A DNA stretch of 58,532 nucleotides from Nemertoderma westbladi (taxonomy: Eukaryota > Animalia > Xenacoelomorpha). Shown piece by piece: positions 38,019-51,318 of the stretch; positions within the stretch are counted from its first letter, which is position 1; every line of letters begins with the position of its first letter. The translations under genes and the position numbers were made by a program. Location: contig JAUCBJ010007802.1 in the NCBI GenBank assembly GCA_032718475.1, positions 1-58,532 on the forward strand. Reading direction: 5' to 3'. The notes under the pieces are model-generated. The model saw nothing but the letters and a program-made list of their open reading frames with translations. It was not told where the DNA came from and made no database searches.

Positions 38019-38690
38019 CTGTAATATAAAACCATTAAATATTTATAATGCAAAATTACAATCACTATCTCTTTGGCCATTGTGTAAATGGAAACGAGAC
38101 CAAATTTGTAATAAATATTAATCAACCAGCACTATAAGTATAACATAAAAGATTTATGGAATCTGTAACAATTTACCACATATCATAAAAATCTCACAAT
38201 TTATGTAAGAGTTACAACAGTATGAGTAATTTAATAGAGACGTCTACTGTAATTTATAAAATACTAGATTTTGGCATGAAAAACATAAAAAAGAAACCCG
38301 TTACGTAAGGATCGGCGAACATTGTATGACATCATTAACTCATTCACACTGCGAATAAATATAAACTTTATTTCAATCAATTAAACTTGGAATATTGCAA
38401 TTAATAGGTTTGTTGAGGAAATAATATTAATAATAAATAATAATATTAATAGAATCATAAAGCAATATAAAGTGTAATTAATTATTATTTAATTAATAAT
38501 GTTTAACTTAACGTAGTTAGTACGTTAGATGGTGTACTAACTACTACTAATTATTAAAGGCAAAACATACACTTCGGTCGGTTATGAAATTCTGTCAACT
38601 AATTCTTTGTAACTCGAAACCCCAAACATATGGTAATGTGGGAAGGAACCTCCAGCGGAAGTAGAATAAATAAACACCTACGGAATGCAA

Positions 38691-38786
38691 GATTCTAAAT
38701 CGGGAAGGAGGGGGGGGGGGATTCTAAATCGGGAAGGAGGGGGGGGGGATTCTAAATCGGGAAGGAGGGGGGGGGGGGGGGGGGGT
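38691..38786 (+). repeat. Three G-tract units (GATTCTAAATCGGGAAGGA-Gn)
   Basis: Three tandem copies, each ending in a long G run. Confidence 0.85.
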
Positions 38787-38849
38787 GGACGCATATCCCA
38801 TCTCTGCGAATTCTCAATGTTAAGTTATCAAATAATGAAAAGGAGCAGG

Positions 38850-41800
38850 CACCTATTGGAACAAATTTCGCATCCTATTGGAACAAAGTTCGAATCCCAT
38901 TGGAACAAAGTTCCCATCCTATTGGAATACAGTTAACATCCTATTGGAACAAAGTTCAATCGTTTTGGAACAAAGTTCGCATCCTATTGGAACAAAGTTC
39001 ACATCCCATTGGAACAAAGTTCACATCCTATTGGAATACAGTTAACATCCTATTGGACATCATTTTGGAACAAAGTTCGCATCCTATTGGAACAAAGTTC
39101 ACATCCCATTGGAACAAAGTTCACATCCTATTGGAACAAAGTTCACATCCCATTGGAACAAAGATCACATCCTATTGGAACAAAGTTCGCATCCTATTGG
39201 AACAAAGTTCACATCATATTGGTACAAAGTTTGCATCCAATTGGAACAAAGTTCCCATCCTATTGGAATACAGTTAACATCCTATTGGACATCGTTTTGG
39301 AACAAAGTTCGCATCCTATTGGAACAAAGTTCACATCCCATTGGAACAAAGTTCACATCCTATTGGAACAAAGTTCACATCCCATTGGAACAAAGTTCGC
39401 ATCCTATTGGAACAAAGTTCACATCCTATTGGAACCAAATTCGCATCCTATCGGATGCAAAGTTCGCATACCATTGGAACAAAGTTGATATCATATTGGA
39501 ACAAAGTTCACATCCTATTGGAACAAAGTTCGCATCCTATTGGAACAAAGTTCACATCCCATTGGAACAAAGTTCGCATCCTATTGGAACAAAGTTCACA
39601 TCCTATTGGAACCAAATTCGCATCCTATCGGATGCAAAGTTCGCATACCATTGGAACAAAGTTGATATCATATTGGAACAAAGTTCACATCCTATTGGAA
39701 CAAAGTTCGCATCCTATTGGAACAAAGTTCGCATCCTATTGGAACAAAGTTCACATCCTATTGGAACAAAGTTCGCATCCTATTGGAACAAAGTTCACAT
39801 CCCTCATTGGAACAAAGTTCACATCCTATTGGAACAAAGTTCGCATCCTATTGGAACCAAATTCGCATCCTATTGGATGCAAAGTTCGCATACCATTGGA
39901 ACAAAGTTGACATCCTATTGGAACAAAGTTCACATCCTTATTGGAACAAAGTTCACATCCTATTGGAACAAAGTTCGCATCCCATTGGAACAAAGTTCAC
40001 ATCCTATTGGAACAAAGTTCGCATCCTATTGGAACAAAGTTCGCATCCTATTGGAAGCAAAGTTCACATCCTATTGGAACAAAGTTCACATCCCATTGGA
40101 ACAAAGTTCGCATCCTATTGGATGCAAAGTTCACATCCTATTGGAACAAAGTTAACATCTTATTGGAACAAAGTTTACATCCTATTGGAACAAAGTTCAC
40201 ATCCTATTGGAACAAAGATCACATCCTATTGGAACAAAGTTCGCATCCTATTGGAATAAAGTTAACATCTTATTGGGACAAAGTTCACATTCTATTGGAA
40301 CAAAGTTCACATCCCATTGGAACAAAGTTCGCATCCTATTGGAACAAAGTTCACATCCTATTGGAACCAAATTCGCATCCTATTGGATGCAAATTCCGCA
40401 TACCATTGGAACAAAGTTGACATCCTATTGGAACAAAGTTCACATCGAACAAAGTTCGCGTCCTGTTGGAACAATGTTCAAATCCTATTGGAACAAAGTT
40501 CACATCCCATTGGAACAAAGTTCGCATCCTATTGGATGCAAAGTTCACATCCTATTGGAACAAAGTTAACATCCTATTGGAACAATGTTCCCATTTTATT
40601 GGAACAAAGTTTGCATCCTATTGGAACAAAGTTCACATCCTATTGGAACAAAGATCGCATCCTATTGGAACAAAGTTCACATCCCAGATTCCATTTAAAC
40701 AAAGTTCACATCCTATTGGAACAAAGTTCGAATCCTATATGGAACAAAGTTAACATCCCAATGGAACAAAGTTCACATCCCATTGGAACAAAGATCACAT
40801 CCTATTGGAACAAAGTTCGCATCCTATATGGAACAAAGTTCGACATCCTATTGGAACAAAGTTCGAATCCTATTGGAACAAAGTTCACATCCCATTGGAA
40901 CAAAGTTCGCATCCTATTGGATGCAAAGTTCACATCCTATTGGAACAAAGTTAACATCCTATTGGAACAATGTTCCCATTTTATTGGAACAAAGTTTGCA
41001 TCCTATTGGAACAAAGTTCACATCCTATTGGAACAAAGTTCGCATCCTATTGGAACAAAGTTCACATCCCAGATTCCATTGGAACAAAGTTCACATCCTA
41101 TTGGAACAAAGTTCGAATCCTATTGGAACAAAGTTCACATCCTATTGGAACAAAGTTAACATCCCATTGGAACAAAGTTCACATCCTATTGGAACAAAGT
41201 TCGCATCCTATTGGAACAAAGTTCACATCCTATTGGGACAAAGTTCGCATCCTATTGGAACAAAGTTCACATCCCATTGGAACAAAGTTCGCATCCTATT
41301 GGAACAGAGTTCACATCCTATTGGAACCAAAGTTCGCATCCTATTGGATGCAAAGTCCGCATACCATTGGAACAAAGTTGACATCCTATTGGAACAAAGT
41401 TCACATCCTATTGGAACAAAGTTCGCGTCCTGTTGGAACAATGTTCACATCCTATTGGAACAAAGTTCGCATCCCATTGGAACAAAGTTCGCATCCTATA
41501 GGATGCAAAGTTCACATCCTATTGGAACAAAGTTCACATCCTATTGGAACAAAGTTTGCATCCTATTGGAACAAAGTTCACATCCTATTGGAACAAAGTT
41601 CGCATCCTATTGGAACAAAGTTCGCATCCTATTGGAACAAAGTTCGCATCCTATTGGAACAAAGTTCACATTCTATTGGAACAAAGTTCACTTCCCATTG
41701 GAACAAAGTTCGCATCCTATTGGAACAAAGTTCACATCCTATTGGAACCAAAGTTCGCATCCTATTGGAACAAAGTTCCCATCCTATTGGAACAAAGTTC

Positions 41801-42370
41801 ACATCCCATTGGAACAAAGTTCACATCCTATTGGAACAAAGTTCGCATCCTATTGGAACAAAGTTCAATCCTATTGGAACAAAGTTCACTTCCTATTGGA
41901 ACAAAGTTCGCATCCTATTGGAACAAAGTTCACATCCTATTGGAACAAAGTTCACATCCTATTGGAACAAAGTTCACATCCTATTGGAACAAAGTTCGCA
42001 TCCTATTGGAACAAAGTTCACATCCTATTGGAACAAAGTTCGCATCCTATTGGAACAAAGTTCACATCCTATTGGAACAAAGTTCACATCCTATTGGAAC
42101 AAAGTTCACATCCTATTGGAACAAAGTTCACATCCTATTGGAACAAAGTTCACATCCCATTGGAACAAAGTTCACATCCTATTGGAACAAAGTTCACATC
42201 CTATTGGAACAAAGTTCGCATCCTATTGGAATAAAGTTCACATCATATTGGAACAAAGTTCACATCCTATTGGAACAAAGTTCACATCCCATTGGAACAA
42301 AGTTCGCATCCTATTGGAACAAAGTTCACATCATATTGGAACCAAATTCGCATCCTATTGGATGCAAAAT
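38850..42370. repeat. 22-bp satellite, consensus ATTGGAACAAAGTTC(A/G)CATCCT, ~160 copies, intronic
   Basis: Continuous tandem array. The 22-aa periodicity cycling through all three frames confirms a 22-nt unit. Confidence 0.97.
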
Positions 42371-42520
42371 TTTCTAAATAATCAGCGGGAAGGAAGTCCG
42401 TTACTTTTAGGAAAAGATTTACCTTAGTAGGGTTTTGCAGACCCGCAGGCACTGCGGTCAAACTACACTGCGGTCAAAATAAACGCTGCAAATGTAAACA
42501 CAGCCCCGTCTCAACCCCAC

Positions 42521-44070
42521 CTGTTTAATTCGCGAACCCTCTGCAGCTCCTTGGCTTGGACTCTCAGGTCCCTCTCCAGGTCTACAACCGAAGCCTCCAG
42601 TCTCTCGTTGGCTTCATCCAACCCCAGACATCTCGTCTCCAACTCACCCACCTCACGTCCCAACTCATCGTTAACTCGTTCCAACTCGGAATCCGTCGTT
42701 TCTTCCGAACCTCCACGACGACTCTCGTAGTTCGTCCGGAGGTTTCGGTAGAATTCCGACGCGGTTCCAGAATCATCCCACGTTCCGAACTTATTCCGCT
42801 CGTCGTACGTCGCAATGACATCACGCAACTGCGAGTTATCGTCGCGGACCGACTCGAATTTCCCGAGAAGTTTCTCGTGCGAAACTCGAAGCTTCGAATA
42901 ATCGGAGGATGTTGCGTCGAGAGTTCTGCGGGTCTCCGCTAGGCGGCCGCGACAGACGGAGAGTTTACGGGACAACGAAACGGGATGGGCAGCCGACTGG
43001 GTGGGAGTAGCGACGGGAGGCACCGAGGAGGCGCGACGGATTCCTCGGGGTTTACTCGTACCGACTCGATCTGCCGACATAGAACGAGCTCTCCGTCGGC
43101 GAGTTTCTCTCTCGAGTTTGCGAATCAGTCGATCTTTCGACTTCAACTCGTCGCGGAGCCACTCGAAGTCATCCCGGGTGTTCGCTGTGGACCGACGCTC
43201 CTCCCGACGCCTCCGCTCCTCGTATCTCCTCCGGTACTCCTCAGTCTCCACTCTCAGCCTCCCCGCCTCCTCCCGCCACCGGTCGGATTCGCCCCTCAGC
43301 CTCTCGGCCTCCTCCCGCCATCGCTCCTCCTCATCCCGCAACCTCCCTCCCTCCTCCAACCTCCCCAACGTCTCGTTCTGCCGACTCAACCTCCCCTCGT
43401 ACTGTCGACTCCGTCGTTCCAACTCCTCGTACTCGCTCTGTAGATAGGCGAAGTCCCGCGTTGCTTTATCCAGCAGTCCGGCTTTCATCTCTAGTTCTCG
43501 GGTTCGACTCGCCAGTCGGGTTTCTACATCAACTGCCGAATTCTTCGCCGACTCCGTCGCCGACTCCGCATTCCGGACGCGGAGATTCAGTTCCCGTCTT
43601 TCGGAAGATAAACGCCGATTCTCTTCAAACAAATTTAAATTTTTCTGAGAAATAATTTTATTTTCCGTTATCAGTCTCTCTTTCTCCTCTACAAGTTTAC
43701 TCCTTCCGTTATCAGTATCAAAGTGTACTTTATGTTTGAGTTGCCCGGGCGGCTGCGGGTCAAATTGTTTAGTTCTATCTCCACTGGCAACCCGCGAGTA
43801 CCGGTCTAACTCCGATGTGAGTCTCTGCAAATCCTTCTCCATCGAGTTCAACGCTGCGTCCTTGGAATGTAGGATGTCGACGACCTTGCGGTCCTTCACC
43901 TCGGCGCGTTCTCTTTCCTTCTGGACGACGTCAGCGATTGCTGTGGTAACGTCTGGGTTGGATACCTGCATCCGTTTCCATAGCGACCAAACAAAGTCCT
44001 TATCGGATTCAGCGAGTTCCAGTTCATCGTGCAGCCGTTTGTTATCGGAGATTAGCGATTCGATATTCAT
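42521..44070 (-). CDS. CNTLN: Centlein-like centrosomal protein, first coding exon (spliced product about 1018 aa)
   Basis: The N-terminus DKDFVWSLWKRMQVSNPDVT...ERERAEVKDRKVVDILHSKD matches the centlein signature. Donor AACAG|GTGGGG at 42521/42520. Confidence 0.85.
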
Positions 44071-44689
44071 CGTGGCAACGATAAACCTTTTACAGTTTTA
44101 TTATACAATAGTAACAGTAATATTCTTAATAAATAGGCGCCGATGAATTGATATCATGATAGAGGGTAGGGAATGTAATACAATATTTAACGAGGCCTAA
44201 TATTATTTAAACATAACTCACTCTGTACTGCTGTATGTACCGGTAATTAATTATATTTTATTTAAAATATCCCCTATAATTGTCCGCATTTGGGGACAAT
44301 AAATAATTTATTAACCAATATTTTCCAAAAATGCAGACATGATTTGTCCGATACACATGTAGATATTGTAGAAGAAGGTAGAAGGCCTACCGCTACGCTA
44401 CCGGGACGTAAAGCCGGATAATGTCATATGCAATTGTGCATTGCAGCGTTGTCAGGTTCACGAATCTACTATGTAGTGTACTACACGTACTGACGAACTA
44501 ATAGTAGTTTATTACCTTGTATAATGAAATAATTTAATTATTGGCCCGGCATGTAGGGAGTGGCGAGGCGACTACAGCAACCTGCCTTCCCTTTTTGGTA
44601 GGGCCTAGGCAGCTAGGCCTATGGGAAGTTGTCAAGTAAACGTTAATCGCAATGTGAATTATTTAAGATAGTACCTATGTGGCGTGCAT

Positions 44690-44750
44690 GTAACCTAGCA
44701 ACGACAATGAATTGTTTAAGGAAGGAAATGAATAGTAATTGTCCAATCAG
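44690..44750. promoter_or_regulatory. Candidate RFX X-box (GTAACCTAGCAAC) and CCAAT box upstream of CNTLN
   Basis: Motif match at 44690-44702 and CCAAT at ~44743, about 0.6 kb upstream of the ATG. Based on the motif only. Confidence 0.3.
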
Positions 44751-45128
44751 GAAAGATCAGCTGTTATCTGAATCAGGCTGACCTCTAAACAGTTAAACAG
44801 TAGCACACTTCAGATTCATGGGAGAATGTATTAAACATATTATAATGTCTTTTACCACACAAAACATCAATATCCTTTTAATATCGACATTTACCGTTTT
44901 TTAACCACACCATATGACGTAATTAGTGCATGCAACAAGACACAACTTGATATTTTCACCTGAAATGTTAATTTCTTCTATTAAATTTTATCTAAAAGTG
45001 CAAAATTTGATGCATGGAAAAGAAAGAAATATATTATTAATATTATTATTATTATTAACGTAAAGCATAAATTTATAACAATATGGGCAATTTTTCACTA
45101 GGTTTTGCTAAATCTTTAAAATATATAG

Positions 45129-47170
45129 CTACTACTACTACTAGGATCGGCATGCTGCATTGCAGCTGCATTTTTAAGAATGCTGTGCCGGCTTGTCAAC
45201 AAAATTGCACCGCCACAACTCCCTATCACCCATGACATTTGCTAGATCATCCGCATCTTTAAGGCCAGTGTCCTTTAAGATGCGTCTCAAGAAAGTCATG
45301 GGCTGTCCACCATGCTTATTCACTCCATGAGGCTGCCAAAGTACAAGATTATGCACTGGCTGGTCCTCACGGCGAAAGCAATGTCCTGCAAAGGGCGATT
45401 TTGTTCTAGTGTCAAGCTTGGGGGAACCAATGAGACACCTCCAATGTTATATAGTGTCTGGTTGGAGATGTGTGCATTGTACTTGACACAATGAACCCGG
45501 CGTAGCATTCTTGTGAATGTGCCATCCAGATATTTGGTGTCCTCAGCAGTTAGAGCCCAGCATGGACTCCCGTAGAGGAGTACTGGAACTACTGCTGCTC
45601 TAAATAATCGGACCTTAAGTTTCCGATTAATTCTCGGTGACTTCCAAATCCTGGAAAGCCTATTCAAGGCAGCCCATGCCTTTCCCTTACGTATTCGAAG
45701 GTCCTCACCTGACTTCCGGATCCATGATCCCGGGTAACAGAAGTCGTCCACATGCTCAAGCATACCATCCTTTGAGCTTATGCTCATCCGATCAGAGACT
45801 TGCTGAGGACTTTCAAAGTTAACTGTCAGAATTTTGGTCTTTCTGGAGTTAATAAAAAGACCAACACTAGAAGCAGCATGTTCTAATGAGCTGAGGAGCC
45901 GTTGGGCTCCTTCTAATGATTCTGAGAGTACTCCTAAGTCATCAGCAAAGTCTAGATCAGTTAGGTACTTGGCAGGATTTCCTCGACTTCTGGAGCCAGT
46001 AGGTGGAGTTATCATCACCCCATCATCATTATGATGATCTAAGGACATGCGTAGAACATAGTCAACCACAATAATGAACAAGAATGGTGCAAGTGTGTCT
46101 CCTTGGAGGACGCCCCATAACACTTCAAATGGTTCTGTGTCACCGTCAACAGTAGACACAAATGTTGTCGAACCATCGTATACTGATCTGATTGCTGCAA
46201 TAATTTCATCAGGAATCCCATATAATGAAAGTATGCTGAACATACGTGAGCGAGAGACTGAATCAAAGGCCTTGAAGAAGTCAACAAAGATAACTGCCAA
46301 ATGCCTGTCTTTCTTTTTTGATAATTCTTCAATTATCCTTCTAAGTGCCAAAATGGGTTCCATGGTCCCACGACCTTTACGGAACCCATTCTGATTTCCA
46401 CGAAGCAGTCTCTCAATGGGATCCCTGATGCGATTTAATAGAATCCTATTGTATAGCTTTGCAGCAATCGAGCTCAATGAGATTCCCCGAAAAGAACCAT
46501 AGAGTGTTAGGTTGCCCTTCTTGGGAACTGGCACCAACTTATTTGTTTTCATTTCTTGTGGGACTCTTGTTGTTCGGTACATGTTTACTATGATGGGATA
46601 GATGATCTTTAAACACTCAGGTATTTTAAAGACCTCAGGGGGAACACCATCTACTCCACTGGCACGATTGGTCTTAATGCTCTTTGCAGCAGCCTTCACT
46701 TCTGCAAAGGAGATATCGCCAATGGGAATATCTGGGAGTACAGACTCAGACACTTTTACTTCTATAAAGTTATCAGGCAATACCCTGTCCTTATTGAGGA
46801 GCTTTTCAAAGTGGGCTTTCCAACCATTGAGGCGATCGGCTGGTGATTCAGCCTTAACCTTGGGGGTTGGTTGGCTTTTCCGCCCAGTAAGCAGATTGAT
46901 AGATTTCCATGCCTGGGATGATTGCCTGCTGTCGTCAGCATCATTGATGGCATCAACCTGTTGGTTTATTAGCTCCTGTAGAATAACAGAGTACTGCCTG
47001 TTCAGGGACCTAGATGCAGCCTTAACTGCATTCTTGGCCGCTGTAGTCTGTTTGAGTCGGGACTCTTTCTGCGCCTTATGAAGGTCATTTCGGCACTTTT
47101 GAATTTTGTTGTCAGTCCAGGGGGCCCTTTTCCTGTTTCGAGGGTATACAGGAACTGTTTCAACATTTTT
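45129..47170 (-). mobile_element. 5'-truncated RTE-clade LINE with nearly intact RT region
   Basis: ORF 45320..47191 contains FRGISL, NQNGFR, FVDFFKAFD, GVLQGDTLAPFLF, DFADD and VLLYG. There is a frameshift near the 3' end into LVLWQPHG, and a (TAG)n tail at ~45129-45144. No endonuclease domain. Confidence 0.9.
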
Positions 47171-49304
47171 CACTTCAAAAAAATGTTTCAATTTTCCGAT
47201 TTTTTTATGCTATTGTGTAAAGCATATATTAAATCACATATTTTGTTGCGTTTAAACATGACCTACTATAACACGACCCGGAATGCTGCTGCAGGCGTAA
47301 AAATTTAGTGGGGTAACTTTCAACCTTAATAACATTTTTCCACTTTATCTGCTGGTCACAAAAATTTCACTAATTCTAGATTAGTAAATTTTTTACCTTT
47401 TGAGGAAATTTTTTTTGCTGCCAATTACCATAGCAACCAGTAATGTCATTTCAATATATACATTTATTTTGCATTTTACAACTGAACACTTATATCGATT
47501 AAGTCAAAACTTGAATCAGGTATAGTATGGTTAGTTGCCAATATTCTGAGAAGGTTTTAACATCACCTAGTTATAGTAGGTCATGGTTTAAACTAACGTT
47601 ATTGGATCCTTCAATAAATGTGATAAACTTTAAAAATGTGTCGTGAAACATGCCACAAAAAAAAACTTAAGAAGTGCAAATTAACTTCCATTAAAATGCT
47701 TAATAATCGTCCTTTTTGTGTGCGGTTTTTTTTGAAACCCCATGTTTTGAGTGGTAAGGAATCGATCTTCACTATCCATTCCTTGTGTATCCCGTTAGAA
47801 ATAGGAGTTCTAGCACCCCCTGTTCGATTCTGTGCGTTACTTTCCGTGCGTTACTTTTTTTGTACAAAAGTTTATTTTTTTTATTCTTCCAATTGGATTA
47901 GTGACTTCAAACTTTCTCAGCACACCGGTTGGGCGCGGCGAAATTACGGCCGCACATCAATATTCCCCCACACTGAGCCCGAACACAAGCCCAGCCAGTA
48001 GTAGTGCCAATACTACCACGGAAATAGAAGACCTGCAACAGAGGAGTTGCCGAGGAGGATTTGAGTGAGATAGGATACTGCAGGTCACATGAGGCTCATT
48101 TAGTTCAACTGGACGGATTACAGTCTACTTGGATTACGGCCAACACAGTATAGGAATGCTCATGCCAATGAACAACTGTCCTACCCACTAAATGAATCAT
48201 TGTACAACATCGGTAACATATTATTGTTAATCATCGGTACCAACTTATATACCAAAACCAAGCACCGCCCTGCAGACTGCAGCCACAACGAATGGGCATT
48301 TACGGCCACAGCTCGTGTAGAACACGTCATCTGCCAGTGATCTTACGAGTTACGATAGTGGGTTGGTGAGAGGAAATAACGGTATGTATGAGTATGACCT
48401 TTGTTCGAAGTAATGGGGGGGGGGGGGGGGGGGGGGTATGTAAGTATTAAAGTATAGTACTGTATAATATATGGTTGGATGCCATATTGTTGCCATAAAA
48501 AAAATTGCTCCATATTAATCATTTTCAGTAATTATGGTTTCATTGGATAATTGGAAAGTAGAATATTTTGTACAAAATATAAAATATGGCAACCAACATG
48601 GATTGTTTTAATATACTACTGTAATTACTGTAGATACATAAAGTGAAACTGTAAATGTACTATCATTGTACTGTACCAATAAGGTAATAAATGTTATAAT
48701 AGACCTCAATAATATGTCCTCCTCCAACTGTCTGATCTCTGAGTAACATGGTATACATTTCATTAAAGCTATGAGCCCAAAAAACGAGAGGGAATAGTGG
48801 CGATAAGGCCTCTTCAATCGCATCTTTGATCTATTCAATGCTACAGTAGTTAACGTGTGAGTGAACGAACAGGATGGTTTTGGAATTAATTTGAAGTGTT
48901 TAAACTACCAGTTAGTCAGCCAACTTGTATTCAGTTCGCCCGGTTTGTCATTATTCCAGCCTCAGTCTTCCATTTTTTTCTGTATTAATAGCGTTGTTAA
49001 TTGTTATAATGCTAATTAGCTCCTAATTCTCGTGACACCCTAAGCACATAGCTTATTGATAAACCTACCGCTCAGCCTTCAGCTTCCAGATTGCATGCAT
49101 AGCTACTATAGTAGTAGCTCTGCTTTACTGCAGTGTAGTATTTGTTTTTAGTTATTGAAAGAAATTGAAATTATTTTTCTATCATAATAATATTCACAAA
49201 ATATTGACTAAAAAATGTAGGCTTTGACTAGTATTACATGCTGTATAAAATATTGTGCCACTACTTTACATACATAAATCCATCTGAGTTCATTTTGATT
49301 CACA

Positions 49305-50648
49305 ATGGCAGCCCCAGATTTGGAAAAAGTTCTTGGTTCCGCGATGAAACTCAAGCTAATTAATGACGTGACTCCCTCTGTCGATCTATTCGATCTCAAT
49401 TACTACCGCGCTCGAATTGACTCACTATTTGCCTCCTTCCCCGAGCCATACTTCGTTCACGCAACTGCTGTCAAGGGCAACCCAATTCGCGGCGTCCTTT
49501 TGGTTGCTAAGGGGAAGGGCATGGGAGGGGAGTGCGCGTCGATATGTGAGGTAATCCACGTACTATCTCTGGGGATGTCGGCGGATAAGGTTGTTTACGA
49601 CAGCCCCTGTAAAACAAGGTACGACCTGAAACAAGCGCTGGACTTAGGAGTTATTATTCATCTGGACAATGATATCGAAATGGTTATTGTAGATGACCTC
49701 CTTAAAGGAGACTGCGTAGACTCTAAATCCAAGATCGGGCTTCGCATCAATCCGGTTGTTGGTTGCGGTGCCATTCACGGAATGTCTACCGCTGGGAAAA
49801 GTTCAAAGTTTGGTCTTCCAGTAACCGATGATACAAGAAATGATATTATATCGTTGTATGAAAAGTATAGCTGGTTGACTGGGATCCACATCCATGTTGG
49901 AAGTCAAGGAATTCCCATGGAGCTGTTTGTAAGAGGAGCGCGAGTCTGCATGGACACGGTCGCGTTGATAGAGAAGCGATGTGGTCGCTCGTTGCTAACG
50001 GTAGACATAGGCGGCGGTCTGTCTACCTCCTACACCGAAGCGAACGAACCAGAAGCGTTCCGGTACGCCCTCTACCGCCAAAGACTGGAATCCGCGGTAC
50101 CGGAGCTGTTTTCCGGTAAGTACCGGATAGTCACCGAGTTCGGAAGGTCGCTTCTACTGAAAGCCGGAACGACGGTGAGTCGAGTGGAACATGTTAAACG
50201 CTGGTTGTCCGATGTGAACCCCGTTGTGTTTGTACATGTTGGTTCAAACCAGTTTGTAAGAGAGGCGTACCAACCCGAGATCTGGTCCCATCGCTACTCC
50301 GTGGTTAGTAATACAGACATCCGAATAAAGCCAGATGGTACAGACCTTGTACTCCACGACATTGCGGGTCCCTTGTGTTTCCAGGGTGACTACCTAGCTA
50401 GGAACGTCCTTCTACCCAATGTGTCCACCGGTGATCTACTACTCATACACGACACCGGAGGGTACTGTATGGCTCTTTACTCGAAGTTTAACTCGATTCT
50501 ACCCAGTCCCGTCTATGGCTTCCAGCGCTTAGAGGACGACATTGAGTTTATTTGCTTCAAGGAAAGAGAAACGCCCCAGGAAACTTTGAGATTTTGGGGG
50601 CGGGAAATTCCCCGAACAATAAAGCCATGTAAAGAAGAAAATTTCTAG
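49305..50648 (+). CDS. lysA: Diaminopimelate decarboxylase-like fold-type III PLP-dependent decarboxylase, single exon (447 aa)
   Basis: AVKGNP (PLP lysine), ECAS..E, DSPCKT, GLRINP, SKFG, HIHVGSQ, DIGGG, EFGR, GPLCFQGD and DTGGY. The substrate cannot be proven from sequence. Confidence 0.8.
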   Translation: MAAPDLEKVLGSAMKLKLINDVTPSVDLFDLNYYRARIDSLFASFPEPYFVHATAVKGNPIRGVLLVAKGKGMGGECASICEVIHVLSLGMSADKVVYDSPCKTRYDLKQALDLGVIIHLDNDIEMVIVDDLLKGDCVDSKSKIGLRINPVVGCGAIHGMSTAGKSSKFGLPVTDDTRNDIISLYEKYSWLTGIHIHVGSQGIPMELFVRGARVCMDTVALIEKRCGRSLLTVDIGGGLSTSYTEANEPEAFRYALYRQRLESAVPELFSGKYRIVTEFGRSLLLKAGTTVSRVEHVKRWLSDVNPVVFVHVGSNQFVREAYQPEIWSHRYSVVSNTDIRIKPDGTDLVLHDIAGPLCFQGDYLARNVLLPNVSTGDLLLIHDTGGYCMALYSKFNSILPSPVYGFQRLEDDIEFICFKERETPQETLRFWGREIPRTIKPCKEENF

Positions 50649-50842
50649 AAACTGTAGGGCGAGCCACGAAAGTAAGCGAGCTTAACATACGGGTACCTTG
50701 GCGAATTAATATCCCGCCTCAATGTTAAATTCTCAATTTAGGGAAAGGAGCAGGTTACAGTGGCACGTTATTTTAACCAAAACAATAAACTAAGCACAAT
50801 AGATCAGGTTACAGTTTTATTTTTGAGAATAATTAGCTGTTA

Positions 50843-50873
<31 letters not shown>

Positions 50874-51318
50874 CATTACATCTATAGGACAGGCATAGTA
50901 AGTACCAATATTTCAGTATCAATACTACTGTACATCGGCATAAGGAATGTGGGAATGTTTTAATATTTCTTACAAATTGGGTCGCCTCCACACCTAAAAT
51001 ATAATACTTTTGAAACACAATTTATCTGTCAATACCTGCCTGTCGTCAATCCTTGCGTCTTTGTGTTGGGGGGCAGATTAAGAGGAGGGATTTTCATATA
51101 TTCTTTGATTTATTGGCAGTGTGGTTAAATTTATTATACCTATTTTGTGTAGAATCGCTCAATTGTAATTTGTATCTCATAACTGAGCCTCGCGCTGCTT
51201 GAATTTATGTTCGATTGACTCAAATATTATAGACGCCAAGAATTTTCAGCCGACAATTATTATTAAAAACGATGATGGAATGAACCAAATTAAGGCCTGC
51301 AAAACCGAGACAGAAGAT

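Noticed and set aside
38900-42427. Many long ORFs (up to 485 aa) of EQSSHPIGTKFTSYWNKVHILL repeats
   Set aside because: Artefact of a stop-free 22-bp satellite read in all three frames, lying antisense within an intron.
42556-43447. Plus-strand ORFs overlapping CNTLN, and similar antisense ORFs over MAD1, gag and LINEs
   Set aside because: Antisense shadows of real coding sequence with low-complexity composition.
47890-48345. Possible SGNH/GDSL esterase-like remnant (ILLLIIGTN)
   Set aside because: Only one short motif in a stop-riddled region; insufficient to call.
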